DNA of 43,180 nucleotides, taken from the IMG/VR virus record IMGVR_UViG_3300020711_000016, positions 1 to 43,180 of that record. One strand, 5' to 3'. Below the pieces are notes generated by a model. The model worked only from the letters and a program-made list of their open reading frames with translations. It searched no databases and was not told the origin of the DNA. Source of the stretch: a virus. Its lineage: Duplodnaviria > Caudoviricetes. This document shows, piece after piece, positions 17,702 through 27,000 of this stretch. The position numbers and the translations under genes are program-made. Within the stretch, counting starts at the first letter, position 1. Every line of letters begins with the position of its first letter.

Positions 17702-20398
17702 TTATTTTCCTTCTAGTGCAGTTAAGCGAGTTGTTAAGTCTGTGATTAAGGCTTGTTGCTCTTGGATTGCCGCTGTGAGAGTAGCTACTAAAAATGATGT
17801 ATCAATTCCCTGGTAAATTGGTTTTCCTTCAGTATCTACAGCATCCTTTTCTCCTGTTACGCAATCAGGAACTATAGCTTGCAATTCGTGGGCAATAAAA
17901 CCTTGACCTTTTGAGCCATCAGTTTTCCAGCTATAAGTTACTGGTTTAAGTTGTTGCACTACATTCAATGCATTTTGCATTGGTAATACATTTTCTTTTA
18001 ATCTATAGTCTGATGATGTATTGAAAGCAGTAGTGCTTCCACCAGAAGTTATTGTTCCAACAGTTCCATTTGGGTTTACAAAACCAATTTGCGCTGTACT
18101 TGTTGTTGAATTACAAATAACTGCTATGCCTGCACTTGTTCCGTTTGTTGATGGAACTTGTAGAGGGCATGTACCAATTGCTCCATCAGCATAAGCGGTT
18201 GTTCTTTGGATTAATACATGACCACCAGAGTCAATACGCATACGTTCGTTCCAAACGCCAGCACCATAATTCCAAAACTGTAGATTACCTAAGCCTGCTT
18301 GAATTGCTATAGTATTGTTGGCAGCGCCATCAGAAAAGGTAATGTTAGGAGCATTTTGAATTGTAGTGGCAGAGGTAGAGCGATTAATTGCTATATCTTT
18401 AGTTGTGTCGGTAGAAGCATAACCTTGAACAGTAAGCCTGCCGTTTGCTGTAGTGCCGCCAATTAAAACGTTACCAGAAGCATCAATACGCATTCTCTCA
18501 GATGCACCAACGCCAAATGCTGTAAATGCAGCAGAGTTTGTTTCATTGTTGTTTAAATAAAAACCGCCGCTACGATACTTGATAATATCAACTACAGCAG
18601 ACCCAGTATTTGCTACATTAGATGTTATTAAGCGTAAATCAACAGCTCCAGTACCTGTGTCAGAGTTGTAAATATCAAAATAACGTGCAGTATTAGGAGC
18701 TGTTGCAGTATTGCCAATTTGAATATTTCCGCTATAGTCAATATTCATCCTACCAGTATTAGCAGTGCCAAATGCTAAGTATCCAGTAGCAGAAGCTGCT
18801 CCTTGAATATAACTAACATTAGAACTAGCATTTCCAGTATTGTTATTAAATATTAATGCACTTAAATTATCAGATGCTCTACCACGCATTTGAATTGCAG
18901 GACTTCCTGATGTTGCTAATACATCTAATGTGTAACTAGGGTTTGTGACCCCAATACCCACATTACCAGAGGAGTCAATACGCATCCGTTCGGCGTTGGA
19001 TGTTCCAAAAGTTAATGGAATGGCATTGTATGTTTTTAAATTAAAAACGCCAGTAGCATTGTCTGAATAAACAACAGAACCTCCACCGCCAGCAGCACTA
19101 GATGTAATCATCCATAAATTGCCATCATTTGATGCAGTTCTTAATACTGCAGTTGCGGATGAACCTGTGTTGCTATTTTGTACTACTGTTGATAAGGTAG
19201 AATTTGCAGAAGTTGCAATAGAAATATTACCTGCATTATCAATACGCATACGTTCTGTAGGTGTATCAGTAGTACTTGTACCAGTTAAAAACCGCATTGA
19301 CCATGATCTGGGTGTAGTATCGCCACCATTCGCACCGTACTCAATAGCACCAGAATAGCGAGTTCCATAATCTGTTCCTGCCCAGTTATTGGAAAATGTA
19401 GACCCAAAAGTAATTCTGGAATCTTGACCTAAAGATCCTCCTGCTGGACCGATAGATAAATTATTGTTTGTACCTACAGTAGTTCCAGAAACGATTGCTA
19501 ATCCAGTAGCTAATGAGCTTGGAGTAGTAGTACCAATTCCAACAACCCCAGCAGCATCAATACGCATACGCTCGGTATTAGCAGAGCCATTATAAAAATA
19601 TAAAACGCCATTTGAATCGCTTGCTATTCTTGACGTTTGAACTGAGTTTACTAAAAAATCTAAATAAGCTGCGTTTCCAGTTGCAGAGTTTATAGACAGG
19701 TCGGCATAACCAGTAGGAGAATTAATTGCAAATGTTGTATTAGAGCCTAACCCTAAAGAGGCTTTTTGAGTTTGTGCAAAATCTCTGTAAATAATTCCTG
19801 ACGCATCAAAATAATTATTTCCGTTGCCCAAGTAATCCAATGTAAATCTACTTGCTACACCATTAATAACGACAGCCGTTGTTGAGGCCGTTGCTTGTGT
19901 TACTGTGAGCTTTCCTGCTGCTGTGGTAGTTCCAATACCTACGTTACCACTTGTATCAATACGAAGTCTTTCGCTACCGCCTGTGTACATTGTTAGTGGT
20001 AGGTATGTGCCTGTTCCACGAATCAATGAAGAAATCCGTGAGTCTGAACCACCAACAACTATCATTTGTACTTCTGAACCATTTGTTGCTGCTGAATCTG
20101 ATAATGCGCTTAAGCCAGCATTAGTCGATGTTCCATTTGGAATAATAAAAAATGTAGTTTGTCCATTGACGGTACTTGTTTGAAATGCAGCACGACTAGC
20201 TATAGTAGTGTTACTAAAATCACCAGTAATACGGTTACTAGTTCCAGTAAAGGTTAGGTTTCCTGAATCAGTAATCCCTGCAAAAGACGGGCTAGCCCCC
20301 GATTGATATTTATCAGCGTTTAAATTGCTAAAGTTAGTATCTAACTCAGTATTTGTAAGGGGGCTTCCCTTTGTATTCCGCAGTACTATCGTGGACAT
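17702..20398 (-). CDS. Long tail fibre with seven ERMRIDxxGNVxIG repeats and C-terminal peptidase S74 chaperone
   Basis: N-terminal KGSPLTNTELDTNF; repeats counted in the translation; TSSDYRLKENV...GFIAHELQ...LTAAIQEQQ coiled coil at the C-terminus. Confidence 0.9.
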   Translation of the reverse strand: MSTIVLRNTKGSPLTNTELDTNFSNLNADKYQSGASPSFAGITDSGNLTFTGTSNRITGDFSNTTIASRAAFQTSTVNGQTTFFIIPNGTSTNAGLSALSDSAATNGSEVQMIVVGGSDSRISSLIRGTGTYLPLTMYTGGSERLRIDTSGNVGIGTTTAAGKLTVTQATASTTAVVINGVASRFTLDYLGNGNNYFDASGIIYRDFAQTQKASLGLGSNTTFAINSPTGYADLSINSATGNAAYLDFLVNSVQTSRIASDSNGVLYFYNGSANTERMRIDAAGVVGIGTTTPSSLATGLAIVSGTTVGTNNNLSIGPAGGSLGQDSRITFGSTFSNNWAGTDYGTRYSGAIEYGANGGDTTPRSWSMRFLTGTSTTDTPTERMRIDNAGNISIATSANSTLSTVVQNSNTGSSATAVLRTASNDGNLWMITSSAAGGGGSVVYSDNATGVFNLKTYNAIPLTFGTSNAERMRIDSSGNVGIGVTNPSYTLDVLATSGSPAIQMRGRASDNLSALIFNNNTGNASSNVSYIQGAASATGYLAFGTANTGRMNIDYSGNIQIGNTATAPNTARYFDIYNSDTGTGAVDLRLITSNVANTGSAVVDIIKYRSGGFYLNNNETNSAAFTAFGVGASERMRIDASGNVLIGGTTANGRLTVQGYASTDTTKDIAINRSTSATTIQNAPNITFSDGAANNTIAIQAGLGNLQFWNYGAGVWNERMRIDSGGHVLIQRTTAYADGAIGTCPLQVPSTNGTSAGIAVICNSTTSTAQIGFVNPNGTVGTITSGGSTTAFNTSSDYRLKENVLPMQNALNVVQQLKPVTYSWKTDGSKGQGFIAHELQAIVPDCVTGEKDAVDTEGKPIYQGIDTSFLVATLTAAIQEQQALITDLTTRLTALEGK

Positions 20399-20414
20399 AA
20401 AAACCCTAGTCTAA

Positions 20415-20864
20415 TTAAGATACTGTTACTGTCCAAGTTACTGTCATCGAGTCGCCAGATTGTTTGTTTACTACTGGGAATACGGTATGGCAAAGCATTG
20501 TTCCTGCACTAGCAGCATTGAAAATACCAGCTTCAGTAATTGCCCCAGTACCTACACCTGCTCCAAAAGTAGCAACATAAGTAATAGTGTTAGTTAGCAC
20601 AGTAGTAGAGATAAGCACTACACGGCTACTAGCAATCTCAGCACCTAAAGCAGTATCAGCGGCAACGGCAGCTGTAGCTGATGTTCCAACACTCATATTA
20701 GACATCGCTGTAGCAGTTGCATCTTTCATTCTGCTAACGATATAGTTTAGACCTGTTGAAACAACTAAGTTTTTAAAGTCATGTGTTTCACGGATTTTTC
20801 CATCAGAGCCTGTAAGAACTACTTGGAGCTCTCCGTTAAATTTTAATTTTTCGATTTGTTGCAT
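20415..20864 (-). CDS. Virion tail / fibre-attachment structural protein
   Basis: NLVVSTG...GT..TAAVAADTALG.E...ITEAGIFNA...VTWTVT pattern. Confidence 0.6.
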   Translation of the reverse strand: MQQIEKLKFNGELQVVLTGSDGKIRETHDFKNLVVSTGLNYIVSRMKDATATAMSNMSVGTSATAAVAADTALGAEIASSRVVLISTTVLTNTITYVATFGAGVGTGAITEAGIFNAASAGTMLCHTVFPVVNKQSGDSMTVTWTVTVS

Positions 20865-20876
20865 TTTTAAACCTTA

Positions 20877-21962
20877 TTAAAAAGATTGCGATGAGCCTAC
20901 ATAGTCACTAGCAAAATATGAAATATCACAATAGCCTGTTATTACCAAAAAACCATTGTCAATTTTACTAACTGAATCTGTTAGTTGTTTCCCACTAATA
21001 ATAACGCTAAAATCGCTTTTTAGCACGGATTCTGCGGATATTTTTCCATATGCTAGTGAGGGATCATCATCCAATAGTGCAAGGTGTGTATATAGATCTG
21101 CAGGATGAACTAACTCAGTAAAAGTCTTGCTTATTAAAAATGTCTTTTGCTCTGCTGTTATTGAAGCGTCTGTAAAAGGTTTAGTAGTAGATGTAGTATG
21201 AAATTCATTAGTACTAGCTGCATCAACACTTTTCTTTGCGTAGTTACTTATAGCAGTATCTGATTTTGAAAACAGTTCAGAAAAACTCTTAGATACACCT
21301 AAGGACAATAGTTCTAAAGTACTAGAAGCATCATCTAACGGCTCTTTTGTATTTCGTATAAAGCTAACAAGCTCACTAGTCTGAGCAGCATCGGAAAGTA
21401 ATTTATTAAATAAACGTACGCTAGACTCACTAGTAGTTGTTGTATCTATAGATACTTTAGAAGATTGTTTTTTTGCTAACTCAGAGCTAGTGGAGCTATC
21501 GTTTAATTTCTTACTATTAAAAACATATGCACGTTCTATAGTTGTAGAGTAATCAGTAGAAGATTTACCTATGGCTAATAACCTACTTTCTGAAGTATTA
21601 GCAGGGTCAGCAACTGGTTTAATAAGACTAGATTTTTTTAGATCTAATGTGTTTGCGCTATCACTATTTACTTTTTTTAGGGCAATAACACTAATATCAG
21701 CTTTAGCTAAAATATCAAAAAGACGCTTATTTACTCCAAGTATAGAGGTATCGAGTGCATACTTAATATCGATAATAACGGGGTTACGGCCAATCGGATC
21801 AGGCTCAGCCATGACCGTCATCAATACGCAGCTTAGCTTAGCTATAGGAATTAAATAGCTTGTAGTAGCTAAAAACTCATTATGTTCTGCGTTTGCTACT
21901 GGTACTTCGATGTATACCGATGCAGCAATTCCGCTTGAAATAGCGCCTGAGCCAACGGCCAT
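20877..21962 (-). CDS. Putative fibrous structural protein with ~18-aa repeats
   Basis: Periodic K...D...T.E units (e.g. KPVADPANTSESRLLAIG, KSSTDYSTTIERAYVFNS); C-terminus YFASDYVG. Confidence 0.55.
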   Translation of the reverse strand: MAVGSGAISSGIAASVYIEVPVANAEHNEFLATTSYLIPIAKLSCVLMTVMAEPDPIGRNPVIIDIKYALDTSILGVNKRLFDILAKADISVIALKKVNSDSANTLDLKKSSLIKPVADPANTSESRLLAIGKSSTDYSTTIERAYVFNSKKLNDSSTSSELAKKQSSKVSIDTTTTSESSVRLFNKLLSDAAQTSELVSFIRNTKEPLDDASSTLELLSLGVSKSFSELFSKSDTAISNYAKKSVDAASTNEFHTTSTTKPFTDASITAEQKTFLISKTFTELVHPADLYTHLALLDDDPSLAYGKISAESVLKSDFSVIISGKQLTDSVSKIDNGFLVITGYCDISYFASDYVGSSQSF

Positions 21963-22343
21963 TTAGAATTCCTGACGGATCTGGAATTTCAGTACGTCAT
22001 ATACAGTTTGGATAGTTCCATCGCTGTAGTCAACGACAATTTCACCTTCATAGTTACCTGCTGGTTGGTTTAAATCTCCAACTGCCCAAGGAAACTGAGC
22101 ACGTCCGCCTTTGCCAGGGACGTTATATGGGGCTGTAGAGTTAATTGTTCCATCGTCAAGAACAATTCCCGCTAACTTAATAGCAATAGATGTTGCCAAG
22201 ATCGTAGTTGTACCAACTGCACGAAACTTCAATAGTACTGTTGCCGCACTAATATCAATTGGGTCACCTGTTGCAGTATCAGTCAGGCTAATCACGATTA
22301 ACGGCTTAGTATCCCCTTGGACTAGTAAAATTTTATCGCTCAT
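21963..22343 (-). CDS. BppU-N-like Ig-fold virion protein
   Basis: LVQGDT.P...L.D...PIDIS.ATV...G.YEGEI...DGTIQT pattern. Confidence 0.6.
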   Translation of the reverse strand: MSDKILLVQGDTKPLIVISLTDTATGDPIDISAATVLLKFRAVGTTTILATSIAIKLAGIVLDDGTINSTAPYNVPGKGGRAQFPWAVGDLNQPAGNYEGEIVVDYSDGTIQTVYDVLKFQIRQEF

Positions 22344-22987
22344 ACAAACCTCGCAAATTCAACCTGTACCGCAGAACGGGACAAGCCTTTATTAATATTC
22401 GTTCTTACAGATGAAATAGCCTCAAGGAACTTACGTTCATATTCAATTGATGAGGGCTTATCAAAATAAGGTTGTTTTGGAGTGCCATAGAGACGAGCTC
22501 TAGCTCCATAGGAAATGTACTCTAGGTAAGACTCATAAATGTCTTGGTCAACCCCAGTTGATGCTCTAGTTGGGGCTAGCGCAACTCGCATAGTAAGTCC
22601 TGAGGAGTTATTTACTAGCGGAGCAGGTACTAGCATGATTTCGCTTGGGATAATCTGAGTTATGTATAGAGGGCTAGAAACTAATGCTCTCCAGTCAGTA
22701 AACCTATACATTCTTGTAAGCTCTTCAGTACTTTTAGGGATAAGTAAAACTCCGTTAAACCATGCTTCAATAACGCTAACTAATTTAGTCCCTGAGGGTG
22801 TGTCAATACTGCAAGATGATTGCCCTGCATATACCATCTGAGGGTCAAGGTCTACTTGCCAATAACGTGTTTTTTCACAGAACTCTATACAAGCTTGCTT
22901 AATAGCATTTGTAGCTAGTAATTCTGGAACATCAGGGCAGTACTGCATTACCTCTGGTAGAAAGACATCATAGGATACGGTGCTCAT
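22340..22987 (-). CDS. Head-tail adaptor-like protein
   Basis: PDVPE...NAIKQACIEFCEKT..W, I.YGA.ARL...PKQPY; position after the capsid gene. Confidence 0.6.
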   Translation of the reverse strand: MSTVSYDVFLPEVMQYCPDVPELLATNAIKQACIEFCEKTRYWQVDLDPQMVYAGQSSCSIDTPSGTKLVSVIEAWFNGVLLIPKSTEELTRMYRFTDWRALVSSPLYITQIIPSEIMLVPAPLVNNSSGLTMRVALAPTRASTGVDQDIYESYLEYISYGARARLYGTPKQPYFDKPSSIEYERKFLEAISSVRTNINKGLSRSAVQVEFARFV

Positions 22988-23670
22988 GACTCAGCTCCAG
23001 GTTGTGTAGTATTACGAGATGGAGTCAGTGAGAGATTAGGAGAATTATCCGACTCTGCTTTTTCTTTTGCTCCAAGAGCTGCTGAGAATGAACTCCAATA
23101 TCCTTGAGCCACTTGTAATGCAGCAGGATCACCTACTTCTTTGCTAAATGCTCTGAACAAAATGTAATCAAGAATTGTTGTCTGCAAAATATCATTAACA
23201 GAAATTGATTGGGTTTCACTAGTTAAGTCTGTTGGGACTTTTGCATAGTTAAGTTGGATATACCCAGTACCTGTATTAGGGGGATAAACCCAAAATGCAG
23301 TTTGGTCTTGAATATCGTACATATAGCTTTTTGCTACTGAAGTTGCGCTATCGTAGTGCCAGCCTGGATTAAAACTATCCATAGCTTCTTTAGAAGTAAT
23401 GCGAATCGCTCGTCCTGGAGCAGTACCTGTAATACCCATATTCCTATATACATCAAGTAGTACCCAACCATCAATAGGTATAGTTTGTCTACTACCTGGA
23501 ATTAGTTGCACTACTGTTGTTGCATTTGAAGAATTAGGGGCGATTAATATAATCTGGCGTTGCCCATCATTGAGATACCCAAGTAACTCTGAACGTGGCC
23601 ATTTAATATTGTTTTGGTCAGTAAGTAACTTAGCTGCCTTATTAATTATGGTGGAGGCTAATACTGACAT
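22984..23670 (-). CDS. Head-tail adaptor (DUF6682-like), paralog 2
   Basis: ASTIINKA...KWPRSELLGYLNDGQR...G.RQTIP.DGW.L...RNMG...FWVYPP...LDYILFRAFSKE. Confidence 0.75.
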   Translation of the reverse strand: MSVLASTIINKAAKLLTDQNNIKWPRSELLGYLNDGQRQIILIAPNSSNATTVVQLIPGSRQTIPIDGWVLLDVYRNMGITGTAPGRAIRITSKEAMDSFNPGWHYDSATSVAKSYMYDIQDQTAFWVYPPNTGTGYIQLNYAKVPTDLTSETQSISVNDILQTTILDYILFRAFSKEVGDPAALQVAQGYWSSFSAALGAKEKAESDNSPNLSLTPSRNTTQPGAES

Positions 23671-24299
23671 TATGCGGCTTCCTTATCGATTATCCCCAAC
23701 ATGGCATTGAAGGTACTTAAGTAACCAGCAGCAAGTTGTAATCCAGCAGCATATTCTGCATCTTTTGAGCATGCTTTATACATAACGTAATCAAGCAACG
23801 CTGGCTCATAAACGTCTAATACTGTGATTACAGAGGACTCTGTAGTTAACTCAGTTGGGGTTTGTGAATACACAACTTCGATCTTGTTGCCTGAAGCGTC
23901 CGCAGGGGGATATACCCAGAATACATTTTTAAGTATTGGTGCATATGAATATGCTACTGCTGAACCTGTTGCTGTATCGCTAGACCAAGTTGGGTTATTT
24001 TTTGTAAGTTCTTCTTCCTGAACCAATTGCAATACACGTCCTGATGAAGTTCCAGAAGAACCCATATTGCGATTAGCTCTTATTAAAAGCCAGCCATCCA
24101 TAGGGATAGTTTGTTTAATCCCGGGTACTGTTGTTACCATACCTGTTGTTGCCCCAGTACTTGGAGCGGCTAAAATCATTACCCTTTGGGCATCACTTAG
24201 CCATGTGAGTAATTCTGCACGAGTCCAGCGGACAGCACTAAGGTCATTCAGTTGAATAACTGCTTTATTAATAATCGACGCTGCAGTAAGTGTGCCCAT
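23670..24299 (-). CDS. Head-tail adaptor (DUF6682-like), paralog 1
   Basis: AASIINKA...RWTRAELLTWLSDAQR...G.KQTIP.DGWLL...RNMG...FWVYPP...LDYVMYKACSKDAEY. Start is either ATG 24299 (MGTL) or 24308. Confidence 0.75.
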   Translation of the reverse strand: MGTLTAASIINKAVIQLNDLSAVRWTRAELLTWLSDAQRVMILAAPSTGATTGMVTTVPGIKQTIPMDGWLLIRANRNMGSSGTSSGRVLQLVQEEELTKNNPTWSSDTATGSAVAYSYAPILKNVFWVYPPADASGNKIEVVYSQTPTELTTESSVITVLDVYEPALLDYVMYKACSKDAEYAAGLQLAAGYLSTFNAMLGIIDKEAA

Positions 24300-24312
24300 A
24301 TATTCCAATAGT

Positions 24313-24337
24313 CAAAGCAAGGGCCGAAGCCCTGCTT
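24313..24337 (-). terminator. Probable rho-independent terminator after the capsid-region genes
   Basis: Minus strand reads AAGCAGGGC-TTCG-GCCCTTGCTTT: cUUCGg tetraloop with a short U tail. Confidence 0.7.
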
Positions 24338-24338
24338 A

Positions 24339-24590
24339 TTAAGGTGTTACATCTAGTTCAGCATCAATAGCTGGCATAGCTGTAGTAGCCCAAATGCCTT
24401 GCTGAACCATTACATCCAAATTTGCTGCTGTTTTATTAACGTCATACGCATGAATAGCTTGAGCTTGAGTTACTGAAAACCCAGCTGTTACTAAACCATT
24501 AGTGTTATCGCCATTAGTGTCTTCATCAATAACGGCTTGCGCTTGTGGAAGCGACATACCGCTTGAAACTAAGTCATCAATTAAAGCCAT
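24339..24590 (-). CDS. Small capsid-operon protein with three imperfect helical repeats
   Basis: AGGAG RBS; repeats DLVSSGMSLPQAQAV / GLVTAGFSVTQAQAI / VMVQQGIWATTAMPAI. Confidence 0.7.
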   Translation of the reverse strand: MALIDDLVSSGMSLPQAQAVIDEDTNGDNTNGLVTAGFSVTQAQAIHAYDVNKTAANLDVMVQQGIWATTAMPAIDAELDVTP

Positions 24591-24612
24591 TTTGTTCTCC
24601 TATAGATAGGAT

Positions 24613-24632
24613 GGGTGGGTTTTACCCCACCC
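24613..24632 (-). other. Stem-loop directly after the capsid stop (mRNA stabiliser or weak terminator)
   Basis: GGGTGGG-N6-CCCACCC; no U tract on the coding strand. Confidence 0.5.
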
Positions 24633-24638
24633 TACCAA

Positions 24639-25640
24639 TTAACCTGCTGCTACTAAGAGAGCTACTGCATCTGGCTGAGCTACTGCACATCCGTATACGT
24701 TTAAGCCACGAACCAATGTACCGAAGTCATTAGGATTCTGGAGGCTTTCAACCTTAGCGATTTGTGAAGCAAATGTGATACCAGACTTATGGCCAGCCAT
24801 AATTGCATGACGCTTAGCAGAAGTATTAACTCCGCCAGTCCATGAAACGTTAGCAGCTGCACGTGGTGTTAAGTTACTTACATAAACAGTGAAGCGGTCA
24901 ATAGAACCAATTTTGCCGTTACGCAATACGCTTGTACCGTCGCCCATGAACTGAGCTTGTGCCAAGTTAGATTGCATCAAGATTTGACGCTCTGTAGGAG
25001 TGATAATTAACCAACGATCTGTTTCAGGAACGTTTGCTTCGTCTAATACTGAAGACAATGCAGTGATGTTTGAAAGGATGTTAGAAGCTGTCAAGGTAAC
25101 AGGAGTTGCATCTGTACCGAGGTTATAGCCACCAGAGATCTTACCTGCTGTTGCGCCTTGGTTAGTAGCTGCGCCACCGTTGAAAGTGCTAAGCAATACA
25201 TCTTGGTCAATCTTGATCTTCATTTGCATTGCAGCGTCATTGGTGAATACATCCATCAATTTTGGCTTAGCTTGCAATTCGAGCAAGTTATTAACGTTCA
25301 CACCGAAATACTTACCTTTGTTGATTGTCAAAGTAAGTGTAGATGGAGCTGGTACTTCGTAAGCCAAGTTTTGACCAACAGAGTAGTTGTTAATAGTGAT
25401 GGTTGGGATTGTATTGATAATTACTGTATCACCAATACCAGAGATGTCGCCTTGCCAATCAGTGTTAGCGATTTCGCCAAATACTGTAGATGCGTAGAAC
25501 TTCTCAGCCAATTTACCAGACCAGAGAGCTGGGATAAACGAACCAGAGTAAGCAGTACCTGAGTATGCTGTTTGGCCAGCTGGTGAATTAAAACCACCAG
25601 AGTTAATGGGGTAGGTTGCTGCTGCGGTAATTGTAGACAT
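24639..25640 (-). CDS. Major capsid protein (HK97 fold, P22-coat-like)
   Basis: FIPALWSGKL...NTDWQGDI...GDTVII, LDEANVPETDRWLII, NGKIGSIDRFTVYVSN, VRGLNVYG; AAAGGA RBS; follows the scaffold gene. Confidence 0.9.
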   Translation of the reverse strand: MSTITAAATYPINSGGFNSPAGQTAYSGTAYSGSFIPALWSGKLAEKFYASTVFGEIANTDWQGDISGIGDTVIINTIPTITINNYSVGQNLAYEVPAPSTLTLTINKGKYFGVNVNNLLELQAKPKLMDVFTNDAAMQMKIKIDQDVLLSTFNGGAATNQGATAGKISGGYNLGTDATPVTLTASNILSNITALSSVLDEANVPETDRWLIITPTERQILMQSNLAQAQFMGDGTSVLRNGKIGSIDRFTVYVSNLTPRAAANVSWTGGVNTSAKRHAIMAGHKSGITFASQIAKVESLQNPNDFGTLVRGLNVYGCAVAQPDAVALLVAAG

Positions 25641-25695
25641 ATTATTTCCTTTTGAGATGCCTTGTTACTAATTAGTCGCTACCCCATTTAGAGAG

Positions 25696-26658
25696 TTATC
25701 GAACTCTTCCTTCAGAGATAGCGGATTGGATTTCCTGCTCAATACGTGCCGCTTCTTCTGTGCTTAGAAACCCACGTCGCTTATCTGAATAAAATCTTTC
25801 GACATCTGAATTACTCCAGAGTTTGAAACTTGATTCAGTAGCAGTCGTTGTCGCTTGAGCCCTAGAGCGTGTCGGCGTTACTTGACTCTGAAGTTGTTCA
25901 CTTGGTTTTGGTTTATTTTGTTGAGAGGTAGGAGCTAACGTTGCTTTGTAAGCATTGAAAATCGTGGCTACACGATTGGAATCAAAAGCTTCTGCTGCAC
26001 TAGTTAGAGCCATTTGGCGGGGAATTCCATAAACTGCATCTACTTCACCAAGCCACTGTAAAAATGCAGGGTCAGTATTTAACTGCTCCCACTCAGGTAC
26101 TCGTTGTCCTAGACTCATCAAAAATCTATCCTGATCGGATACACCCTGACGACTGGAAACACTTCCTAATTGCTCATTAATCCTATCTATCTGACTTACT
26201 AACTCTGCTTCACGTTGTCTAAATGTTTGCACTTTAGATTCAGTTGCTCGATCAATAAGATCCAATAAATCACTTCCGAATGCTTCTTTGTCTTGTTCAG
26301 TGACTAGAGACTTAACGGGTTCCGGTTGTCGTTGTTCTGCTTTAGCTCTTAAGGATGCTTGTTCTGTTAGGAACTGCTGTTGTTGCGCTTTCATCTCCCG
26401 CAAATCTGCATGCAATCTTGGAACTTCTGCTTCAAACTTTCCTTGGAGCACGTGGTATTTTCTTTCCCATGTCTCTTCTGGAATCTGGTTAACCTGTTGA
26501 GGCTCATTTGGAATTACTTCATTTGCCTGGGGTACTGGATCAATTGATTGGGATTCGGTGCTAGTCTCTGGTTGTTTACCAGGCTCTTCACCTTGTAGTC
26601 CTGCTGCAATACGATCTGCTTCTTCTGCTTGTTGCTGTACAGCCTTTGGCAATGCCAT
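25696..26658 (-). CDS. Capsid scaffolding protein
   Basis: Acidic, Q/E-rich, coiled-coil; WERKYHVLQGKF.AEVPRL; C-terminal EI..A..EGRV; lies between portal and capsid. Confidence 0.75.
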   Translation of the reverse strand: MALPKAVQQQAEEADRIAAGLQGEEPGKQPETSTESQSIDPVPQANEVIPNEPQQVNQIPEETWERKYHVLQGKFEAEVPRLHADLREMKAQQQQFLTEQASLRAKAEQRQPEPVKSLVTEQDKEAFGSDLLDLIDRATESKVQTFRQREAELVSQIDRINEQLGSVSSRQGVSDQDRFLMSLGQRVPEWEQLNTDPAFLQWLGEVDAVYGIPRQMALTSAAEAFDSNRVATIFNAYKATLAPTSQQNKPKPSEQLQSQVTPTRSRAQATTTATESSFKLWSNSDVERFYSDKRRGFLSTEEAARIEQEIQSAISEGRVR

Positions 26659-26673
26659 ATTCCTATCTCCTTC

Positions 26674-26731
26674 GCGCCGACTACGTTCATTGCGCCGACT
26701 TTACGGTCTGCTCTGTTCGATACGGTCTGCT
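26674..26731 (-). promoter_or_regulatory. Repeated-motif structured element in the scaffold 5' UTR
   Basis: AGCAGACCGTA twice (26721-26731, 26702-26712) followed by AGTCGGCGC twice (26692-26700, 26674-26682), abutting the AAGGAG RBS. Confidence 0.6.
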
Positions 26732-26769
26732 ACTTTGTTAACTTCAAAAATGACTAACTTTCTTTACAG

Positions 26770-27000
26770 TTAGCGCTTTAATTTGGCAATTAATGCATCT
26801 GCACCTTCAACTTTTTGGAGAATTTCTCCTAAAGCTACGACCCTGCCTTGTAGCCGATAAATTTGTTCTACATCTATTACTTTTATTAACAACTCCAAAG
26901 CCGCTTGACGCTCAGCTTTTAAATATTCCAAAAGCGGTGTAAATTCTGTTGCTCTTAAGTTGCCAAAACAACGTGCTACTCTTTCATCAAACTGTGCCAA
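26770..27000 (-). CDS. Small helical protein between portal and scaffold
   Basis: 76 aa; IYRLQGR motif common in post-portal genes. The start codon is uncertain. Confidence 0.7.
   Translation of the reverse strand: MAQFDERVARCFGNLRATEFTPLLEYLKAERQAALELLIKVIDVEQIYRLQGRVVALGEILQKVEGADALIAKLKR

Noticed and set aside
11007-20398. Diversity-generating retroelement or invertible fibre cassette
   Set aside because: No reverse transcriptase or recombinase gene is present in the window, and I saw no adenine-specific TR/VR pair.
24590-24641. Capsid stop-codon readthrough into the next gene
   Set aside because: An in-frame TAG follows 12 codons after the TAA, and the downstream gene has its own RBS. 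A frameshift was not evident.
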